Shown: positions 23,943 to 34,413, counted from the first letter of the stretch. The stretch: DNA of 64,000 nt from Fusobacterium necrophorum (GCF_004134945.1 NZ_SBAP01000001.1:83401-147400), one strand, 5' to 3'. Notes: generated by a model from the sequence alone, not told the origin. Program-made: numbers and translations.

Positions 23943-26219
23943 CTAAATCATATTCAAGGGCTCTGCATCAATAGAAATTCGTATCTCCTCTTCTGTCTGA
24001 TACTTCAATACAACTTTTCGAAGAATTTTCTTATACTTTTCTATATTTTCTCGGCTCCCTTTCATAAAAATCTGATACCGATACCTGTCTTTCACCCTAT
24101 AGACTAAGCAGGGCATAGGTCCATACATATCCACTTCATCCTTTGGAATCATTTGAAAAATTTCTTCCGCTTTTTGCTTCAAATAATCCTCATTTTTAGA
24201 GGATAAACCTATTAAAATCATTTTAGAAAACGGAGGATAGTCTAAAAATTCTCTAGCTTCTATCTCTTTTTCATAAAATCCCTCATAGTCATGTTCCCTT
24301 ACTTTCTCAATGACATAATGTTCCGATTGATAGGTTTGTATAATCACTTTTCCTGATTTTTCCTCTCTTCCCGCTCTTCCTGCCACCTGTGCCAACAACT
24401 GATATGTTTTTTCTCCTGCACGAAAATCCGGAAAATTCAATATCATATCCGCATTGATGACTCCTACCAAAGTAACATTCGGGAAGTGTAAGCCCTTGGC
24501 AATCAGTTGAGTCCCTATCATAACCTGATATTTTCTTTGTAAAAAATCGTAGTATGCCTGTTCAAAGAAATGATTTCCCTTTTGATCTCCATCTACTCGT
24601 AAAACGGAAATATCCGGAAAATACTGTTTCAATTCCTCTTCCACTCTCTCAATTCCTTTGCCACTATGAACTAAATGTTCACTTCCACAAGCACTACATC
24701 TCCCTGTATATTTTATCACTTTTCCACAATAATTGCACTTATAAATTCTTTTGGAAGCATAGTAACTCATTTTAATGGAACAGTGAGTACACTCTTCCAC
24801 ATGACCGCAATCTTGACATTGAATATAGGTGGAATATCCTTTTCGATTTAAAAGCAACAAAATTTGTTCTTTCCGAAGTAAAGTATTTCGAATTTCTTCC
24901 AACAATCTCTGGCTAAAAAATAAGTCTCTTTCTTCCTTCATATCCACCAATTCAATATCCGGCATTTTTGCTTGATTATATCGTTGATTTAATTCTAAAA
25001 GTTGATATATTCCATGTTTTGCATAGTAATAACTCTCAATCGAAGGAGTTGCAGAGCCTAAAATCAATTTTGCTTCTTCCAACATCGCCCTCTTCAAAGC
25101 AAGCTGTCTCGCATGATACTTGGGATTTACATCCTGTTTGTAACTACTTTCATGTTCTTCATCCATGATGATATATTGCAAATTTTGTACGGGAGCAAAA
25201 ATAGCGGAACGCACCCCCAACACAATTTTTTTCTTTCCGTGATATAATTGACTCCATTCTTCCGCTCTCTCTTTGGAACTCAATCGACTGTGTAAAATAG
25301 CGATATTTTCCTGAAATTCTCCCTGAAATCGTTCCACCATTTGAGGGGTCAAAGAAATTTCCGGAACTAAAAAAATACTTCCCTTTCCCTCTTGAAAAGC
25401 TTTTCGAATGAGAGATAAGTAAACTTCCGTTTTCCCGGAACCTGTTACTCCTTTTAATAAATAGAAAGAAGCCTCCCCCTGCATAATCGAAAATACTGCC
25501 TTTCTTTGTTCTTCATTTAACTCTATTTCTCGAAAAGAAGTTTCCTGACGAAAGGAATGGAGAGAGGAAACTCCTGCTTCAAAAAGATTTTTCTCTTCCA
25601 GATAATTCTTTTCTAAAAATTCTTGAATTTCCATTTTTGAAAATTTTTCTTCCAATTTTTTTGCCAGTATCCGTTCTCTTTGTAAAAAATACTTTCCTAT
25701 CTCTCCCGTCTTTTCTCTTTCCAAATTCCAAGCAAAACGATTTTTTTCAAATTCTATGAGATGCCGTCGTGCCATCCCTTGTTTGATTTCCTCCAAAGAA
25801 AAGTGTTTTCGCAATGTTGCCTTAGAAACAGAAGAATATTCCCGAAAATACTTCAATAACTTTTGAGGATATTCAGAGGACGCCGGTGAATGTAAAGAAT
25901 AAAAAATTTTTTTCTTAATTTTTAAATCTCTCGGTATCATATTTCGAAGAACCGCTTCATAACTCGTAACATAGTATCTTACCATCCAACGGGCTAACTG
26001 CACTAAAAGAGGAGGTATATTTGGAAAATCAGTTTTTTCTAAAATAGGCAAAACTCGAAACGGAAATTCTTGCCGACTATCAACCGCTATGATATAAGCT
26101 ACCTGTCTTTGATTTCGAAAAGATACGAAGACACTGTCTCCGATTCGGTACTCTTCTTTTGCATCAACATAGGTATAAAGTCCTCTGTTTTTTTCCAAAT
26201 ACACTTGATAATACTTCAT
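23943..26219 (-). CDS. priA: Primosomal protein N' (replication restart helicase PriA)
   Basis: 758 aa. Walker A LLKGVTGSGKTEVY, DEEH box, and a Cys-rich zinc-binding insert (CQDCGHVEECTHCSIKMSYY...CNYCG). Confidence 0.9.
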   Translation of the reverse strand: MKYYQVYLEKNRGLYTYVDAKEEYRIGDSVFVSFRNQRQVAYIIAVDSRQEFPFRVLPILEKTDFPNIPPLLVQLARWMVRYYVTSYEAVLRNMIPRDLKIKKKIFYSLHSPASSEYPQKLLKYFREYSSVSKATLRKHFSLEEIKQGMARRHLIEFEKNRFAWNLEREKTGEIGKYFLQRERILAKKLEEKFSKMEIQEFLEKNYLEEKNLFEAGVSSLHSFRQETSFREIELNEEQRKAVFSIMQGEASFYLLKGVTGSGKTEVYLSLIRKAFQEGKGSIFLVPEISLTPQMVERFQGEFQENIAILHSRLSSKERAEEWSQLYHGKKKIVLGVRSAIFAPVQNLQYIIMDEEHESSYKQDVNPKYHARQLALKRAMLEEAKLILGSATPSIESYYYAKHGIYQLLELNQRYNQAKMPDIELVDMKEERDLFFSQRLLEEIRNTLLRKEQILLLLNRKGYSTYIQCQDCGHVEECTHCSIKMSYYASKRIYKCNYCGKVIKYTGRCSACGSEHLVHSGKGIERVEEELKQYFPDISVLRVDGDQKGNHFFEQAYYDFLQRKYQVMIGTQLIAKGLHFPNVTLVGVINADMILNFPDFRAGEKTYQLLAQVAGRAGREEKSGKVIIQTYQSEHYVIEKVREHDYEGFYEKEIEAREFLDYPPFSKMILIGLSSKNEDYLKQKAEEIFQMIPKDEVDMYGPMPCLVYRVKDRYRYQIFMKGSRENIEKYKKILRKVVLKYQTEEEIRISIDAEPLNMI

Positions 26220-28180
26220 TCTAAAATAACCTCGATTTTATTGACATCTTCTAAAGACTTCCCGGCTGCCGGTTCCTGTTGGACTACCAATCCTGTTCCC
26301 TTGATATGTATATCATAATCCGTCGTTTGAAATAAATTCATGACTTCTTTTGGACTTAGACCTTTCAGATCCGGCATTTCTTCTCCCAATACCGGTCTAG
26401 GTTTTTCTTCCAAAGTTTCTTTCTTCGTGGAGATAATTTTAGACACTTCTTGAGAGGATACATTTTTAATTTTACTAATCCGTCGAATGATATTTCCAAC
26501 AACGGGAGCGGATGCTGTTCCTCCATATCTTCCAAAAACAGATTCCGCCTGCGGTTTTAAAATCATAACCAAAATCACATATTGAGGATCTTCTACAGGG
26601 AAAAATCCGACAAAAGAAGCTAAATATTGATGAGCCAAATAACGACCGTTACTACTTAACTGTGCCGTTCCTGTTTTCCCTCCAACACGATAGCCTTCTA
26701 CTTTCGCTTTCGAACCTGTTCCGCTGGCAACGGTTTCTTCCAACATTCCCACCAACATTTCCGAAATTTCCGGTTTGATCACTTGCCGAACTACTCTCGG
26801 AATATTCCTTCGCAAGACCACTCCGTCATCGTCCACAATCTTTTCGACCAAATAAGGTCGGAATAATTTTCCTCCATTGACAACTGCTGAAAATGCAGTT
26901 GCCATTTGAATCGGGGTCACAGTAATTCCTTGCCCAAACGCCATATTACTTTTTTTCAATTTATCCCATTTTTTATGTGGAGTGGTATAAGGTTTGATTT
27001 CATTTGGAAAATCCACTCCTGTTTTATCATACAAACCGAATTTTCGTAACGCTTTTTCAAATTGCTCCTCTGTAAAGCGATCACTGATCAACACCATTCC
27101 AACATTACTTGATTTCTTAATGACTTCTGTTGTTGTTAAAATCCCTGTTGTCGTTCGACTGCTTTCTCGAATGGTATGACGATATTTTACAATACTTCCG
27201 TTTCCAATATTAAAAGTACTGTTTTTTTGAATCAATCCTTCGTCTAATGCCGCCGCAACAATCAAAGGCTTAAAGATAGAACCCGGCTCATACTGGTTTT
27301 GAAAAACTTGATTTCTAAGATCTTTCGGATTTCGAGTATAGGCAGAAATTCCTAAAATCTTTCCATTTTGAGGATCCATGATAATTCCGTATGCTTCTTC
27401 CGCATTTAAAGCATCATACTGTGCTTTGATTTCATCATTCAAAATATAGTTAATTTCATTATCCAGTGTCAAATACACATTATTTCCATTCAAATTGGTA
27501 TACATCCACTCCATAGAAGTCGGAAGTACTTTCTTTTTATCTCGAGAATAGTATTTGCTTCTTCTTAGAACTTTTCCTGCCAAATATGGTTCGTAACGAC
27601 TTTCTATTCCGAACACTCCGGCCTTTTTCTCCTTAGAATCCTTTGTAAAGCGTACCATTCCAACTAAAGTCTCATAAATATCCTTTCGATAATATTCCCT
27701 CTCTATCTCTTTTTTAAAGAACAGATATTTTCTTTCTTCCGGAATTTTAGAAAGACATTCTTTAATTTTTTCTTTTGTGACATCATCTATTTTCTTTGCA
27801 ATTACTTTATATTTCTTGTTTGCCTGAAATTCTTTTTCCAAAGTTTCAAAAAAAGAGGCATCCAAGTCCAAAATTTTTTTCTCTGCGATGTCTTGTAAAT
27901 TCTTTAAAAACTGATCCTCATTGATATGAATTTTACTAGGATCAATGATGACGGTGTATTGCCTTTTATTAAATGCCAATTGCTTTCCGTTTTGATCTAA
28001 AATATTTCCTCTTTCTCCTATTTCTTCATCTTTTGCTTCAATTTGATTTAAAATACGAGAACGATACATGGCTTTTTTTGCCAATTGTATCTGACATAGA
28101 CGTAAGCCGATACACATAAATAAAATACAGACAAAATACATAATTCCTGTCAAACGACTGTGAAACCGATTCTTCTTCAT
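26216..28180 (-). CDS. Penicillin-binding protein 2/3-class transpeptidase with C-terminal PASTA domain
   Basis: N-terminal TM anchor, SxxK (GSIFKP), SxN and KTGT (GGKTGTA) motifs. C-terminal PASTA-like segment (LKGLSPKEVMNLFQTTDYDIHIKGTGLVVQQEPAAG). Overlaps the priA start by 4 nt. Confidence 0.85.
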   Translation of the reverse strand: MKKNRFHSRLTGIMYFVCILFMCIGLRLCQIQLAKKAMYRSRILNQIEAKDEEIGERGNILDQNGKQLAFNKRQYTVIIDPSKIHINEDQFLKNLQDIAEKKILDLDASFFETLEKEFQANKKYKVIAKKIDDVTKEKIKECLSKIPEERKYLFFKKEIEREYYRKDIYETLVGMVRFTKDSKEKKAGVFGIESRYEPYLAGKVLRRSKYYSRDKKKVLPTSMEWMYTNLNGNNVYLTLDNEINYILNDEIKAQYDALNAEEAYGIIMDPQNGKILGISAYTRNPKDLRNQVFQNQYEPGSIFKPLIVAAALDEGLIQKNSTFNIGNGSIVKYRHTIRESSRTTTGILTTTEVIKKSSNVGMVLISDRFTEEQFEKALRKFGLYDKTGVDFPNEIKPYTTPHKKWDKLKKSNMAFGQGITVTPIQMATAFSAVVNGGKLFRPYLVEKIVDDDGVVLRRNIPRVVRQVIKPEISEMLVGMLEETVASGTGSKAKVEGYRVGGKTGTAQLSSNGRYLAHQYLASFVGFFPVEDPQYVILVMILKPQAESVFGRYGGTASAPVVGNIIRRISKIKNVSSQEVSKIISTKKETLEEKPRPVLGEEMPDLKGLSPKEVMNLFQTTDYDIHIKGTGLVVQQEPAAGKSLEDVNKIEVILE

Positions 28181-29361
28181 TCTCTCTCTTCATATCCCCC
28201 TAATTCCGATAAACGAGTTTGCAAGTTTTTTTCGGAGACTACTTTATACTCTATATTTTCCAATTTTTTTCCATAAGAAGAAATCACAAAATATACCTCT
28301 TCCAACTTTGTTTTTTCCAAATTTTTTGCAAGAGAATATACTTTCTCCTGCTTCTCATTTTTTCCTTCCAAAATAAAATTCCCTTTTTTCAAAATTCTAA
28401 GAACTCCGTCAATGGCAATCACATTATGAAATTTTTCAATAAAATCTGCTCGAGTTACTAAATTTTCTTCCTTTTGATACCTTATCACCATTTCTGTCAG
28501 GATATGAACTGCCAAAGAAAATTTGGATTGAAAACTAATCTCATCAATATTTAAACTGTCATAATATAAATTCATATCTCTATTTTGTAATAAATAAGAG
28601 AGATGAGCTCCTAAAATAATAAGGAACCAAGCAATTCTAAGCCAAATCAAAAAAATGAATATAACGGAAAAACTTCCATAAATTTTATTGTAGGTATTGA
28701 TTAACACCTGCAAATAAATAAAAGCATATTGAAAAACAGAAAACATAATGGATGTGAAGAAACTGGCTATAAAAGCCGGTAACCATTTTACTTCCGTATT
28801 CGGCATAACCATAAAAAGAGCCATAAAAAACAACAAGACAGAACAATAAGGCAAAACTTTCGATAAAAAATCGTTTCGTATTAAAAGAGACGAAGCATTG
28901 GACACCAAGATTAAGGTAGGTAATAAAATAAAAAAAGTCAGATAATCACTAATCTTTCGAACAAAGCTTCGAGTTCCTTCGATATCCCAAATATCATTAA
29001 AAGCCTTTTCTACAATGGAAAACATCGAAATCAAAGACCAAATTAGAAATAGAAATCCCAATCCCGCTAATACTCCGCTTCTCGCATTGGTCAACAAATT
29101 ATCGGTAAAGGTTAGCAGCAATTCAATCGCTTCTCCTTTTAGGGGCGAATGACTGTCAATCTGCTTTAGTAAATATTCTCCCAAGCCCAGCCAAGTCCCA
29201 ATACTGAATAAAATTGCAAAAATGGGAATCATAGATAAAATAGTATAATAACAAAGAGAAGTTACCCATAAATTTGAATTTGCTTCTTTATATTTCCAAA
29301 GTGCATGTTTGATAGATGTCCCTACTCCGGAATAGATTTCATGAAAATCTTCTCTTTTCAT
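28177..29361 (-). CDS. YihY/BrkB-family inner membrane protein (RNase BN-like) with C-terminal extension
   Basis: YihY N-terminal signature (SLCYYTILSMIPIFAILF) and six TM segments. Overlaps the PBP start by 4 nt. Confidence 0.75.
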   Translation of the reverse strand: MKREDFHEIYSGVGTSIKHALWKYKEANSNLWVTSLCYYTILSMIPIFAILFSIGTWLGLGEYLLKQIDSHSPLKGEAIELLLTFTDNLLTNARSGVLAGLGFLFLIWSLISMFSIVEKAFNDIWDIEGTRSFVRKISDYLTFFILLPTLILVSNASSLLIRNDFLSKVLPYCSVLLFFMALFMVMPNTEVKWLPAFIASFFTSIMFSVFQYAFIYLQVLINTYNKIYGSFSVIFIFLIWLRIAWFLIILGAHLSYLLQNRDMNLYYDSLNIDEISFQSKFSLAVHILTEMVIRYQKEENLVTRADFIEKFHNVIAIDGVLRILKKGNFILEGKNEKQEKVYSLAKNLEKTKLEEVYFVISSYGKKLENIEYKVVSEKNLQTRLSELGGYEERE

Positions 29362-29363
29362 AA

Positions 29364-29711
29364 TTACTGTCCTCTATAGTATTCTTGTAAATGACGTTTT
29401 GATAGCACGTAAATTCTGGAAAGAGATCTGGGAGCAATGATATAATCTTCCGGTCCCGCTTTCACCGTATTTCCGTCGGAATCTATAAAATGAATGGAGC
29501 TGTCCCCCGTTCCCAAAGCTTTTCTGATATTGGCATTCATAGGAACGGCTACAATATGTTCCATGGCTTCATAAGGAGAAGAGCCTGTATATCGATTTCC
29601 TTTTTCTAATTGTGGAATCATTTTTTGCATTGCGTACGTTTCCGGATAGATTTCCATGGCAAATCCGATACCGGAAACCAATAGAAAGAAAGCTGCTATT
29701 GTTTTCATCAT
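29364..29711 (-). CDS. Small secreted hypothetical protein (signal peptide, 115 aa), first gene of the operon
   Basis: N-terminal signal sequence MMKTIAAFFLLVSGIGFA. Gap of 2 nt to yihY. Confidence 0.45.
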   Translation of the reverse strand: MMKTIAAFFLLVSGIGFAMEIYPETYAMQKMIPQLEKGNRYTGSSPYEAMEHIVAVPMNANIRKALGTGDSSIHFIDSDGNTVKAGPEDYIIAPRSLSRIYVLSKRHLQEYYRGQ

Positions 29712-29807
29712 ATATCCTCCAAAATATTTTATTTTTATTATAACATTTATTTCGTATTGAATTCAAGCCTGTTTTTCGTTATAATAAGTAATATAAGGAG
29801 GCAAAGC

Positions 29808-31787
29808 ATGAAAGAAATTTTAATTCACACAAAAACGGATGACTATCCCATTTTGATCGGTTCTCATTTTTTACACAAGGTACATTCTTTTACCAAAAAA
29901 TATGATAAACTTCTGTTTTTGAGTAATGACACTCTTTTTTCTTATTATGGAGATTGGTATCAGCAGAACATTGCCTCTGAAAAAACGGAATATTTTTTAC
30001 TTCCGGACGGAGAAGAATATAAAACCTTAGACTCCGTTCAAAAAATTTACGATTTTATGATAGAAAAACATTTTTCCAGAAAGTCTTGTATTCTATGTTT
30101 TGGTGGTGGAGTTATCTGTGACATAGGTGGATTTGTTGCGGCAAGTTTTATGCGAGGAATTGATTTTATCCAACTTCCCACTTCCTTGCTTGCACAAGTG
30201 GATGCGAGTATCGGAGGAAAAGTAGCTGTCAATCATTCTACCGGAAAAAATTTAATCGGTTTCTTTTACAATCCGAAAGCGGTTCTGATTGATGTCAGTT
30301 TCCTTGATACTTTAGAGGAAACACAATTTCAGTCCGGAATGGCTGAAGTTATCAAACATTCCATTTTATCTTGTGATGAGAAATATTCCGATTTCTTATA
30401 TCGAAATTATGAAGCAATTCAGGAGAAAGAAGAAGATACTCTCATCTCCCTTGTGGAACAATCTTGCCGAATCAAACAATACTATGTAGAAAAAGATATG
30501 AAAGAACAAGGAATTCGTGCTTTCTTAAACTTCGGGCATACCTATGCTCATGCTTTAGAGAGTTTATTTCAATATAAAAATATTTCTCATGGAGAAGCGG
30601 TGGCAAAAGGCTGTCTTTTAGATTTATACGTTTCCTATCGTCAAGGTTTTTTGACAAAGGAATACTTTGAAAAAATAAAGCGTATCTTTCACCTGTATTC
30701 TATTGACGGCACTCCGATTCTATTTCCTTTCAAAGCTTTATGGGAAGCCATGAAACAGGATAAAAAAAATGCTTTTTCAAAAATTAATACCATTTATTTA
30801 AAAAAGCGGGAAGAAGAAAAAATTTTTACAGTACAGGAAATACACAAACAATTCACGGAAGACTATTTAACACAACAGCCTCATAATGAAGTGAAAGCAG
30901 TGATTGACATCGGAACCAATTCCTGTCGTCTTTATATTGCGGAACGGCAAGCGGATACTCATCAAATTATGAGACATTTACATCAGGAAGTACAAATTGT
31001 GCAGTTGGGAGAAGGAGTCAATCAGACAAAAAGATTGCAAAAACATGCTATGGATAGAACCATAAACTGTCTAAAAAATTATGCAAATACGATACGAGAC
31101 TATGCTTGCTCTTCTCTCTATTGTTTTGCTACTTCCGCTACAAGAGATGCTGAAAATCGAGATTTTTTTATTCAAAAAGTTTTTCAAGAAACAGGGATTC
31201 AAATTCATTGCATTTCCGGAGAAACAGAGGCGGAATATAATTTTCGCGGGGTAAGTCTCGCCGTCCCGGAACAAATTTTAATTATAGACATTGGAGGAGG
31301 TTCTACCGAGTTTACTCTGGGGAAAAATACTTCTATTTTCTTTTCCAAAAGTATCAACATAGGTGCTGTTCGTGCCACGGAACTCTTTTTTCCAAATCAA
31401 AACTATTCTTCAGAAGCTATTACTCAATGTAAAAAATGGATTTTGGAACAATTGGATTCCTTGTATCCTCTTAGAAAAGAAAACTTCAAAGTCATTGGAG
31501 TTGCGGGAACAGCTACCACACAAATATCCGTGGCAAAAGAAATGAAACAATATCGAAGAGAACTCGTTCATCTCTCGACACTTTCTATAGAACAACTGGA
31601 AAAAAATTTAATGTTATTTCTTTCCAAATCTTTGGAAGAAAGGCAAAAAATTATCGGTTTGGAAGCAAAAAGAGCGAATGTTATTATTGCCGGTACTATC
31701 ATTTTACAAACGATTCTTCTCTATTTACAACAAGATAGTATGACAATTTCAGAATATGATAATTTAATGGGAGCTATGATACTATGA
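29808..31787 (+). CDS. aroB: Fusion protein: 3-dehydroquinate synthase (AroB) N-terminal domain + Ppx/GppA-family phosphatase C-terminal domain
   Basis: AroB motifs GGGVICDIGGFVAASFMRGIDFIQLPTSLLAQVDASIGGKVAVNH and HGEAVAKG. From about residue 375 the Ppx/GppA ASKHA fold begins (AVIDIGTNSCRLYIAE...IIDIGGGSTEF). Start chosen at ATG 29808, which has an AAGGAGG RBS; the track ORF begins further upstream at 29757. Confidence 0.75.
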   Translation: MKEILIHTKTDDYPILIGSHFLHKVHSFTKKYDKLLFLSNDTLFSYYGDWYQQNIASEKTEYFLLPDGEEYKTLDSVQKIYDFMIEKHFSRKSCILCFGGGVICDIGGFVAASFMRGIDFIQLPTSLLAQVDASIGGKVAVNHSTGKNLIGFFYNPKAVLIDVSFLDTLEETQFQSGMAEVIKHSILSCDEKYSDFLYRNYEAIQEKEEDTLISLVEQSCRIKQYYVEKDMKEQGIRAFLNFGHTYAHALESLFQYKNISHGEAVAKGCLLDLYVSYRQGFLTKEYFEKIKRIFHLYSIDGTPILFPFKALWEAMKQDKKNAFSKINTIYLKKREEEKIFTVQEIHKQFTEDYLTQQPHNEVKAVIDIGTNSCRLYIAERQADTHQIMRHLHQEVQIVQLGEGVNQTKRLQKHAMDRTINCLKNYANTIRDYACSSLYCFATSATRDAENRDFFIQKVFQETGIQIHCISGETEAEYNFRGVSLAVPEQILIIDIGGGSTEFTLGKNTSIFFSKSINIGAVRATELFFPNQNYSSEAITQCKKWILEQLDSLYPLRKENFKVIGVAGTATTQISVAKEMKQYRRELVHLSTLSIEQLEKNLMLFLSKSLEERQKIIGLEAKRANVIIAGTIILQTILLYLQQDSMTISEYDNLMGAMIL

Positions 31788-32215
31788 AAAAAGATTTGGC
31801 AGCACTATTACAAAATAATCCGGAATTTGATTTATCCATTTATAAGATTTTAAATGATAAACAATTGGAAAGCCTGGAAAACAATATTGTGCTTTTTCTT
31901 CACGGAAAAACCTTAGATATGGGAACAAAAGATTTGTCCATTCTATTGCTAAAAGAATTACTGTGCACTTTATCTCAACAGGAGTTGCTTCCTAAAACTA
32001 TTATTTTGTCTCAAAAAACTGTTTTATGTAACCAAAGGGAATCTGAATTTTTACACTTTTTCAGATTATTGGAACAAAAAAATATTGAAATTTTGACTTG
32101 CAAAACTTCAGCAGAATATTATAAAATAAATAATAATATTCCCATTGGACGTTTTGCCGGAATGGAAGAAATTATCGAGAAGCTTTTCCATGCTTCCAAG
32201 ATTATTCAATGGTAG
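31784..32215 (+). CDS. Hypothetical protein, possibly DsrE/YedF-like fold
   Basis: Start overlaps the aroB-ppx stop by 4 nt (ATGA), implying translational coupling. There was no confident motif match. The DsrE-like call rests on size and predicted alpha/beta pattern only. Confidence 0.4.
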   Translation: MKKDLAALLQNNPEFDLSIYKILNDKQLESLENNIVLFLHGKTLDMGTKDLSILLLKELLCTLSQQELLPKTIILSQKTVLCNQRESEFLHFFRLLEQKNIEILTCKTSAEYYKINNNIPIGRFAGMEEIIEKLFHASKIIQW

Positions 32216-32233
32216 AAAAGGAGAGATAACAGC

Positions 32234-33190
32234 ATGTATTGGACAGGTCGTTGTGATGGCGAAGAAACGGATGTTCTCCGTATCCATCAGGTTGTAAAAA
32301 AAATGACATTGGAAGAATTGATGCAACAAGATGTGGAAGAAAAGAAAATATGTTTTGTCAGTTTTAATTCGGAAGAAGGAATTCGAAGAAATTTCGGTCG
32401 TTTAGGAGCCGCAGAAGGCTGGATTCATCTGAAAAAAGCCTTTGCAAATTTTCCCGTATTTGATTCCGACATTCATTTTTATGATTTAAAAACTCCTATT
32501 GATGTGATCAATGGAGATTTGGAAGCTGCACAATATGAATTATCCATGACAGTCTCCATGTTAAAAAAGAAAAACTTTCTTGTAGTTTGTCTGGGGGGCG
32601 GACATGATATTGCCTACGGAACTTACAATGGAATTTTAAAATATGCTCAGAGTAGGGAAATGGATCCCAAAATTGGAATTATCAGTTTCGATGCCCATTT
32701 TGATATGCGTTCCTATGAAAAAGGAGCAAGCTCCGGAACCATGTTCCTACAAATTGCCGATGATTGCGAACGAGAAGGTAGAATTTTTGACTATAATGTC
32801 ATAGGAATTCAAAAATTCTCCAATACCAAAAGACTTTTCGATACGGCAAAACATTTTGGAGTAAACTATTATTTGGCAGAGGATATAAAAAAATTAAATG
32901 AATTTAATATCGACCCCATTATCAAGAGAAATGATTACATTCATTTAACTCTTTGTACCGATGTTTTTCATATTACCTGCGCTCCGGGAGTAAGTGCCCC
33001 TCAATCTTTCGGGATCATGCCGGACGAAGCGATGAGATTGCTGAATATTATCAGTAGTCATACCAAAGACTTAACTATTGACGTTGCGGAAATCAGTCCA
33101 AAATTCGATTTTGATGACAGAACTTCTCGATTGATGGCAAATTTAATTTACCAAACGATTTTAAATCACTTTGAAGTTACTTTTCAATAA
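32234..33190 (+). CDS. hutG: Arginase/agmatinase/formimidoylglutamase family metallohydrolase (likely formimidoylglutamase HutG)
   Basis: Mn-binding motifs of the arginase fold (GGGHDIAYG, DAHFDMR, LTLCTDVF...DVAEISP). HutG-like N-terminus. Confidence 0.65.
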   Translation: MYWTGRCDGEETDVLRIHQVVKKMTLEELMQQDVEEKKICFVSFNSEEGIRRNFGRLGAAEGWIHLKKAFANFPVFDSDIHFYDLKTPIDVINGDLEAAQYELSMTVSMLKKKNFLVVCLGGGHDIAYGTYNGILKYAQSREMDPKIGIISFDAHFDMRSYEKGASSGTMFLQIADDCEREGRIFDYNVIGIQKFSNTKRLFDTAKHFGVNYYLAEDIKKLNEFNIDPIIKRNDYIHLTLCTDVFHITCAPGVSAPQSFGIMPDEAMRLLNIISSHTKDLTIDVAEISPKFDFDDRTSRLMANLIYQTILNHFEVTFQ

Positions 33191-33194
33191 AAAA

Positions 33195-33250
33195 ATGCAG
33201 CAGCACTTCACTATCTTGTGAAAAAGATAGCGAGGTGCATTTTTTTTAAT
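33195..33250 (+). terminator. Intrinsic terminator after hutG (imperfect long hairpin followed by T8)
   Basis: tgcagcagcacttcactatc...gatagcgaggtgca followed by tttttttt. Confidence 0.55.
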
Positions 33251-33291
33251 TTTATGATATAATAAGCTGGTAAAAAAAGGAGAGTATGACT

Positions 33292-34413
33292 ATGAAATTG
33301 ACAGAAATGCAAGAGGAATTAAATCATTTTGAACAAGAGAACAGGTTACGAAAAGTAGAAACAAAACCCGGTAATATGACCAACTTCTCTTCCAATGATT
33401 ATCTGGGCTTAGCGGGGCAACTTCCCTTACGAAAGAAGTTTTATGAAGAATATCCTTATTTGGCCTTATCTTCTTCTTCTTCTCGTTTGATTGACGGTTC
33501 CTATGCAATTGTTATGGAATTGGAGAGAAAAATAGAAGAAATCTATGCAAAGCCCGCTCTTTGTTTTAATTCCGGTTTTGATGCAAACTCCTCTGTCATT
33601 GAGACTATTTTTTCTAAAAAAAGCTTAATTTTAACAGATCGCTTAAATCATGCGAGCATCTATGACGGAATTCTTGCTTCCGAGTCCAAATTTTTACGTT
33701 ATTCTCATTTAAATATGAAGGCTCTGGAAAACTTATTGCAAAAATACAAAAATCAATACGAAGATATTCTCATTGTTTCAGAATCCGTTTACAGCATGGA
33801 CGGAGATTGTGCAGATTTAGAAACACTGGTTACCCTGAAAAAACAATACGGAGTGCAACTTATGATTGATGAAGCTCACTCTTATGCGGTATATGGCTAT
33901 GGAATCGCCTACGAAAAACATCTGCTTTCCGATATTGATTATCTGATTCTTCCTTTGGGAAAGGGAGGAGCCTCTATGGGAGCTTTTGTACTTTGTGATG
34001 AAATCGCCAAACAATATTTAATCAATCGAAGTCGAAAATTTATTTACTCTACCGCTCTGCCCCCGGTAAATCATGCTTGGAATTATTTTATCTTAGCTCA
34101 TATGGCGGACTTTGAAAAAGAACGGCAAGAACTGTTTCGAAAAGAAAAATTATTATATCAATTCCTGAAAGAAGAAAACATTTCCACAACATCGACTACT
34201 CATATTGTGAGCATTGTCATCGGGGAAAATGAAAAAGCCAACCGCTTGTCCAAAGCCTTATTACAAAAAGGATTTTTAATTCAGGCAATCAAGGAACCGA
34301 CCGTTCCTAAAAATACGGCAAGATTACGTCTGAGTCTCACTTCTTCCATTCCGGAAGAAGAAATAAAACGTTTTGTAAAGGAGCTTCGCTATGAAATGGA
34401 TTTTCTTTTTTAA
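33292..34413 (+). CDS. bioF: 8-amino-7-oxononanoate synthase (BioF), PLP-dependent
   Basis: Class II aminotransferase fold with PLP-Lys region. Followed by bioG and bioC. Start at the second ATG (33292) gives better SD spacing to AAGGAGAG than the track start at 33286. Confidence 0.8.
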   Translation: MKLTEMQEELNHFEQENRLRKVETKPGNMTNFSSNDYLGLAGQLPLRKKFYEEYPYLALSSSSSRLIDGSYAIVMELERKIEEIYAKPALCFNSGFDANSSVIETIFSKKSLILTDRLNHASIYDGILASESKFLRYSHLNMKALENLLQKYKNQYEDILIVSESVYSMDGDCADLETLVTLKKQYGVQLMIDEAHSYAVYGYGIAYEKHLLSDIDYLILPLGKGGASMGAFVLCDEIAKQYLINRSRKFIYSTALPPVNHAWNYFILAHMADFEKERQELFRKEKLLYQFLKEENISTTSTTHIVSIVIGENEKANRLSKALLQKGFLIQAIKEPTVPKNTARLRLSLTSSIPEEEIKRFVKELRYEMDFLF

